The translations under genes were made by a program, and so were the position numbers. The notes under the pieces were generated by a model. The model made no database searches. It worked only from the letters and a program-made list of their open reading frames with translations, and was not told where the DNA came from. Source: Promethearchaeota archaeon (GTDB taxonomy: Archaea; Asgardarchaeota; Lokiarchaeia; Sigyniarchaeales; SOKP01). Taken from it: 32,000 bases of DNA. How positions within the stretch are numbered: position 1 is the stretch's first letter; every line of letters starts with the position of its first letter. This document shows positions 27,532-32,000 of the stretch, in pieces. The stretch spans positions 1 to 32,000 of the forward strand of contig JAUWGH010000001.1 of assembly GCA_030606485.1 (NCBI GenBank), in the 5' to 3' direction.

Positions 27532-28401
27532 TTAAGCGGATAATTTTTCAGTTTGAATATCAATAACTCCTTCGATTTCATAGATTTCATTTTTTAAGGG
27601 CTCTAAATTATCTTTATTTAAAAGCTCAACATAAACTTCATAAATGCACTTATCGGCTTCTGTGCATATTCCTGCAGTAAAAATTAATGAGATATTATAT
27701 TTTGAAAAGATACTAACTATATCTTCCATAATTGCTGGTGTTAATTCAGTGCCAAAAATAATTTCCAACTTAGTTATTTCTTTCGAAGTAACTGGGATGA
27801 TATCTAATTTTAATGAATCTCCTCGTATTCTATGCACTATAAATAAATTATTTTTATTTTTAGTCAATTTTTGTAAATTATGAATCATTATTTCAGGAAT
27901 GGAAACTGTTTTAAGCTTTTGAAAAACCTTAAATTTAATTAATCTCCCTTCGGTTTCAACACTTTTAAGCGACAGGATTTTATATAACTTGTCTAATTTA
28001 CTATTTAGAGTTTTAAATCTTTTCTGAACATCTGATTTCTGCATTGAACTTGGATTGTGTATATAAAATGCTTTATACAAATCATCTATTTTTGTGATTT
28101 GATCAATAAATTTTTTCATTTCTAATTGATATTCTTTAATTTCAATTTCCTTTTGAATAATTACCGATAACATAATTAGTTCAATGCTTCCCCGTGCCCA
28201 ACCAGATGGTATTCTAAAAATCCAATTTGCTGTTCGAAGCTCAGAAGAAAAATCATGGGTGAAGAAACCATCATCACCAGTATCTAAGAGAGAAACTATT
28301 TGATTTAAGGTCTCTTTTTTTAAGTTTTTAATTAAATCTTCGGGCTTACTAGCGATTGCTTTAGGTCCTATAATTTTATCAAAATATACAAGTATTAACA
28401 T
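27532..28401 (-). CDS. Longin/uDENN-like N-terminal domain fused to C-terminal ACT-like domain
   Basis: LVYFDKIIGP and FRIPSGWARG at the N-terminus; C-terminal beta-alpha-beta-beta-alpha-beta pattern (IMEDIVSIFSKYNISLI...LKNEIYEIEGVIDI). Confidence 0.7.
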   Translation of the reverse strand: MLILVYFDKIIGPKAIASKPEDLIKNLKKETLNQIVSLLDTGDDGFFTHDFSSELRTANWIFRIPSGWARGSIELIMLSVIIQKEIEIKEYQLEMKKFIDQITKIDDLYKAFYIHNPSSMQKSDVQKRFKTLNSKLDKLYKILSLKSVETEGRLIKFKVFQKLKTVSIPEIMIHNLQKLTKNKNNLFIVHRIRGDSLKLDIIPVTSKEITKLEIIFGTELTPAIMEDIVSIFSKYNISLIFTAGICTEADKCIYEVYVELLNKDNLEPLKNEIYEIEGVIDIQTEKLSA

Positions 28402-28555
28402 TTTCTAAAGCAAAAATTTTTCAATTATCTTAAAGCTTTTATGCAAAACTTATAAATTTTTAAATTTTTTCTTTATGAAAAAAAAAGAAAGGGTGGAAGG
28501 TGATCAGGATTTTGTTCTATTTATCTTATATTTATGAAGTTTAAAACTAATTATT

Positions 28556-28834
28556 TTATTTTCTCACAATCCTAAAGGTTTTAAAATCTCTATCTCCCCG
28601 ATAGTCAACATCGGTAACTGGAACTCTAACAAAATTTTCATGATCAAATTTTTTTTCAGGCGTTCTTTTTTGATAAAGAGAAAGATTACTCGCCATTCTG
28701 AGTTCCTTAAGCAAAAAATCCCGTACCGCAACCCTTATTAATTCACTTCTTGATGGATAAAGGCCTTCATGTCCTGTTAATTTATCAATGGCATTTATAT
28801 ATGGTTCTGGTATATTTACTGTAACAATTTTCAT
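28556..28834 (-). CDS. Ribbon-helix-helix transcription regulator
   Basis: MKIVTVNIPEPYINAIDKL...YPSRSELIRVAVRDFL; start moved to ATG 28834. Confidence 0.88.
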   Translation of the reverse strand: MKIVTVNIPEPYINAIDKLTGHEGLYPSRSELIRVAVRDFLLKELRMASNLSLYQKRTPEKKFDHENFVRVPVTDVDYRGDRDFKTFRIVRK

Positions 28835-29487
28835 AGTAAGGTTAAGCTCCTTGAATTTCAACACATTTTATTTTATCTGAGATAATGATCTATTATGATG
28901 TTCTAGTATTTAAAATTTTGTACGAACTGTTATTTTATAAAGGATACAGCCTTTTTTGTAAAATATATTTAAATAATTAACATAATAATAAATTATCAAA
29001 AAGATATAATTAAAAAAAATCTCTTTTTTTAGTCTAATTCCATTTTTCTTCAGAATTTTTAATTATAATTTTTTCAATTTTTCTTAATTACTATTTAAAA
29101 TTATTTTAAAAATATTTTAATTGTTGGTGAAAATTGTTTAATATTTTTTTAATTATTGATATAAGATTTCATAATCATTATTCAATTTCTATAAATTTTT
29201 AATCTCAATGGTGTTAATTTTATCAATTTTAAATTAGATTAAAGATTTTCGCTATTAAGTATTTTTTTTGAAGAAAAAAGAGTGTTTTGAGAAATATTAG
29301 TGGATTAATTCAGAACAGTTAATATGTAAAAATATGATATGCATGATTATTAAATTTTAAATTGTATTTTTGAAAGCTTTTGATGAATTTTGTCCTCTTA
29401 AACACTCCTACTTTTTCAAAACATAGCTAACAATTTATATAACTCTGATTTTGATTTTATTTTTATTCTATTTTTAGAGTTAAATTT

Positions 29488-29515
29488 TTATAGCAGTAGA
29501 GTCCTTATAGCAGTA
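29488..29515. repeat. 11-bp direct repeat TTATAGCAGTA x2, candidate operator
   Basis: Copies at 29488-29498 and 29505-29515, about 33 nt upstream of the TTG at 29549. Confidence 0.55.
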
Positions 29516-29548
29516 AAGAAACTATTATTTTGTAATTAATCCTTTGAG

Positions 29549-30973
29549 TTGAGAATTATTTCAAACGATCTTACAAGAAAATTAAGAGTTTTAATTAAAA
29601 GTAGTAATTTTGATGTTAATAATTATTTAGTTTTTAATGAACTAAACAAAGAACAACAAAAGATCATTGATAATGCTATTTCTATTCTTAAGGAAAATAC
29701 AGTAGACGATGTAAAGGTATTTGGGGGCAATATTGACAAGAATGAAGAAAAGTTTGAGAAATTAAAAGAGAATATTAAGAAAGAATTAGAAAATGAAGAA
29801 TATAATGAAATTAAAAATGATCTTGAAAAATTAATAAATTCTTATGTTAAAAATTTTCAATTATTGATTCCAATGGTTTGCGGAGCGATTATCCCTGTTA
29901 AACAATTACCCTATGTTGAAGTGTATTTTCGGACAATTCCAAGAATTATGGTTGATAATGAAAAACCCGAAAAAATGTCAATTAATAATAATTCAATCTC
30001 ATATTACGGAGAAATTAAATGTATTATTCCACGGATTACCTTATTTGGAAAAATAAAAGATGCAGATCCGTTATTTGCACCCTTGATAGGTGATCTTGAT
30101 TTAGGTGACTTTAATCCGGAAAAATCAGAGCATAAAGGACCAATGATCGGGAATTATTCATATATAACTGAACTAATTACTTCAATGGATAAAGACACAA
30201 CCAAAAATAATTTAACTCGCTATCACGAACAGTATCAAAGGCATGGAGAACCAATTTGTGATTTTCTACTAAAGGATAAAGAATTAATGGATGCAATGGA
30301 AAAACTTTCCTCAGCCATAGAGTCAAAAAGAACCAGCTCATCTGTGTCAGTTTGCGCTATAGCAGTACCAAACATACAAGATAAGTCAACAATTGTTGTT
30401 GTTCAAGATGAAAGTAAATCACCAAACGCATATGCTACTTGCTTTGAAGCATTATTACGGTTCTCTGCCCTATGTTATGAAGCACCCTCTACAAAAAAAC
30501 CTTCAGAAATGAGTACTAGCCCAACACCTCCAACTCAAGCAGGACAGGCTATTGGACCAGGCGGACAGAGATTAGAGGTTTGGACTCAAGAAGAACTTGT
30601 AAAAGATGCAGCTGAGCGCGGGCTTGGAACTGGACTTCCACCAAACATGGAACTATGGACTGAAGAGCAATTAATAGATATGGCAAAATCTCGTACTGAT
30701 TTAGGAGTTAATTTACCTGAATGGTCTGAAGAAGAACTTGAAAAGCTAACAAAATCTCGTCAGGGAACACTAAATATTCCTGAATGGAAGGATACTGGCT
30801 TACCTGTATGTGAAAAGTGTGGTTATACACTCAGAGAAGGTTGGTCTGAGTGCCCTATTTGCAACTGGAAGGTTGGAGCGCCAGTACCTAAAGAAGAGCA
30901 AGAAAAAGATAGTTCTGATGATATTGAAAAAATCGAGCAAATTCAAAATGAAGATAAAAATGATTCAGAATGA
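29549..30973 (+). CDS. Hypothetical protein with W(T/S)xE(E/Q)L repeats and C-terminal zinc ribbon
   Basis: WTQEEL, WTEEQL, WSEEEL repeats; CEKCG...CPICNW; TTG start uncertain. Confidence 0.8.
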   Translation: MRIISNDLTRKLRVLIKSSNFDVNNYLVFNELNKEQQKIIDNAISILKENTVDDVKVFGGNIDKNEEKFEKLKENIKKELENEEYNEIKNDLEKLINSYVKNFQLLIPMVCGAIIPVKQLPYVEVYFRTIPRIMVDNEKPEKMSINNNSISYYGEIKCIIPRITLFGKIKDADPLFAPLIGDLDLGDFNPEKSEHKGPMIGNYSYITELITSMDKDTTKNNLTRYHEQYQRHGEPICDFLLKDKELMDAMEKLSSAIESKRTSSSVSVCAIAVPNIQDKSTIVVVQDESKSPNAYATCFEALLRFSALCYEAPSTKKPSEMSTSPTPPTQAGQAIGPGGQRLEVWTQEELVKDAAERGLGTGLPPNMELWTEEQLIDMAKSRTDLGVNLPEWSEEELEKLTKSRQGTLNIPEWKDTGLPVCEKCGYTLREGWSECPICNWKVGAPVPKEEQEKDSSDDIEKIEQIQNEDKNDSE

Positions 30974-31088
30974 TATAATTAAATTTTACTATTTTTTAAA
31001 AAATTTTTTTAATCATCCAATTTTTAAATAGTTAATATTTTGAATTATTTTTAATTTACAAAACCAAAAAATAAACCTGATTATTGCT

Positions 31089-32000
31089 ATGCTAAAAGAC
31101 ATATTCTTTATAAACAGTAGAGATTCCAGTGTACTAAATGTTGATTTAACCCAAGATAATTTTTCAAATATGAAAATAATAAGCTATCCAAAAAAATTAT
31201 CTAACATTGTTAAAAACAAGTCTATCTCAGATCTAATATTGAATTTTAAAGAAAAAGTATCCAGTCTCGAGGTGGGAAAAAATAAAACTCCTGTTTTGTA
31301 TTCCCCATTAATTACTGAAGGAATTAACATATATAGCTGTCTAATTTATCCCGATGCAATTATCGGTTTAATTTTGGATAAAGATGATAATCCCTATGAT
31401 TTAAAAGAAGTTTTTCAAGATCAAATTAACAAATATTTTTTACCTCAAAAGAAAAATATTATTAATAATCATTTCGAATTAGAAACACTATTAATCTCAA
31501 TCTTTATAGACATAAGACGATATTATGATGAAATTTTAGGATATTCTCCATTTTTAGCATTTAGAGATCATGGATCGATATTAAAAGTTTTTATTTTTGG
31601 GCTTGATGAAGCTGGTAAAACTTCATATGTACGAAGAATAACTACGGGAGAATATGATGAAAATTATTATGAACCAACTAGACAGTTCAATATTGATCAT
31701 TATACACATAATGATTACAATTTTATTTTTTGGGATGTTCCTGGTCAAGTAAGACTTAGATCTAAGTGGCTTTTAGGGATGCAAGATTCTAATATGTTAA
31801 TATATATGATAGATGCAGCCGATGAAGTAAGATTTGAAGAATCTAAAAAAGAATTATGGAATATTTTAGTTCGATACGAGCTTGAGGGTGTTCCTCTTCT
31901 AATTTTGGCTAATAAAATAGATTTGCCTTTTGCTCTCACATCAGAAAAGGAATTAATCACACATATTAATTTAAATGAAATTACTAATCGGACTTGGGAT
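31089..32000 (+). CDS. Arf-like small GTPase with about 160-aa N-terminal longin-like domain; runs off the window
   Basis: Manual translation from ATG 31089, open for 304 codons: G1 GLDEAGKT at residue 171, PT, G3 WDVPGQ, G4 ANKID. Confidence 0.9.
   Translation, partial: MLKDIFFINSRDSSVLNVDLTQDNFSNMKIISYPKKLSNIVKNKSISDLILNFKEKVSSLEVGKNKTPVLYSPLITEGINIYSCLIYPDAIIGLILDKDDNPYDLKEVFQDQINKYFLPQKKNIINNHFELETLLISIFIDIRRYYDEILGYSPFLAFRDHGSILKVFIFGLDEAGKTSYVRRITTGEYDENYYEPTRQFNIDHYTHNDYNFIFWDVPGQVRLRSKWLLGMQDSNMLIYMIDAADEVRFEESKKELWNILVRYELEGVPLLILANKIDLPFALTSEKELITHINLNEITNRTWD

Noticed and set aside
28865-29548. Replication origin
   Set aside because: AT-rich, but I could not identify ORB-like G-string repeats and there is no adjacent orc1/cdc6.
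2224-30810. Remaining short nested ORFs in the track (2224, 3079, 3637, 7055, 8714, 12864, 14562, 22554, 23392, 24813, 27644, 30810)
   Set aside because: Each overlaps a longer, better-supported gene in another frame or strand, or lies in AT-rich spacer, and shows no recognisable motif.
31745-31960. 71-aa minus-strand ORF
   Set aside because: Antisense to the Arf-like G domain.

Overview
Very AT-rich, gene-dense archaeal DNA whose gene content points to an Asgard archaeon, probably Lokiarchaeia/Promethearchaeota (inferred from a Rab-like and an Arf-like small GTPase, longin-type proteins, an archaeal proteasome alpha subunit, RFC genes, a multi-PAS protein and an intron-containing tRNA; no search was run). 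It looks like core chromosome: I see no transposase, integrase, rRNA or CRISPR array. Five real features are missing from the ORF track: a multi-PAS CDS running off the left edge (1-1023, minus), a frameshifted GDSL/SGNH remnant, a tRNA-Arg(GCG) with two non-canonical BHB introns, a ribbon-helix-helix gene with ATT where its start should be, and a longin-like/Arf-GTPase fusion running off the right edge (31089-32000). The two most interesting modules are (i) a minus-strand run RHH > longin(FLCN/SMCR8-like ARG motif)+ACT fusion > Rab-like GTPase > proteasome alpha, a candidate metabolite-gated GTPase regulator, and (ii) a GNAT > rfcS > degenerate rfcS2 > rfcL operon encoding a three-subunit-type clamp loader with a probably ATPase-dead small subunit. 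A 1563-aa two-class repeat protein with an exact 360-nt period lies between them. All family assignments are by eye from motifs.
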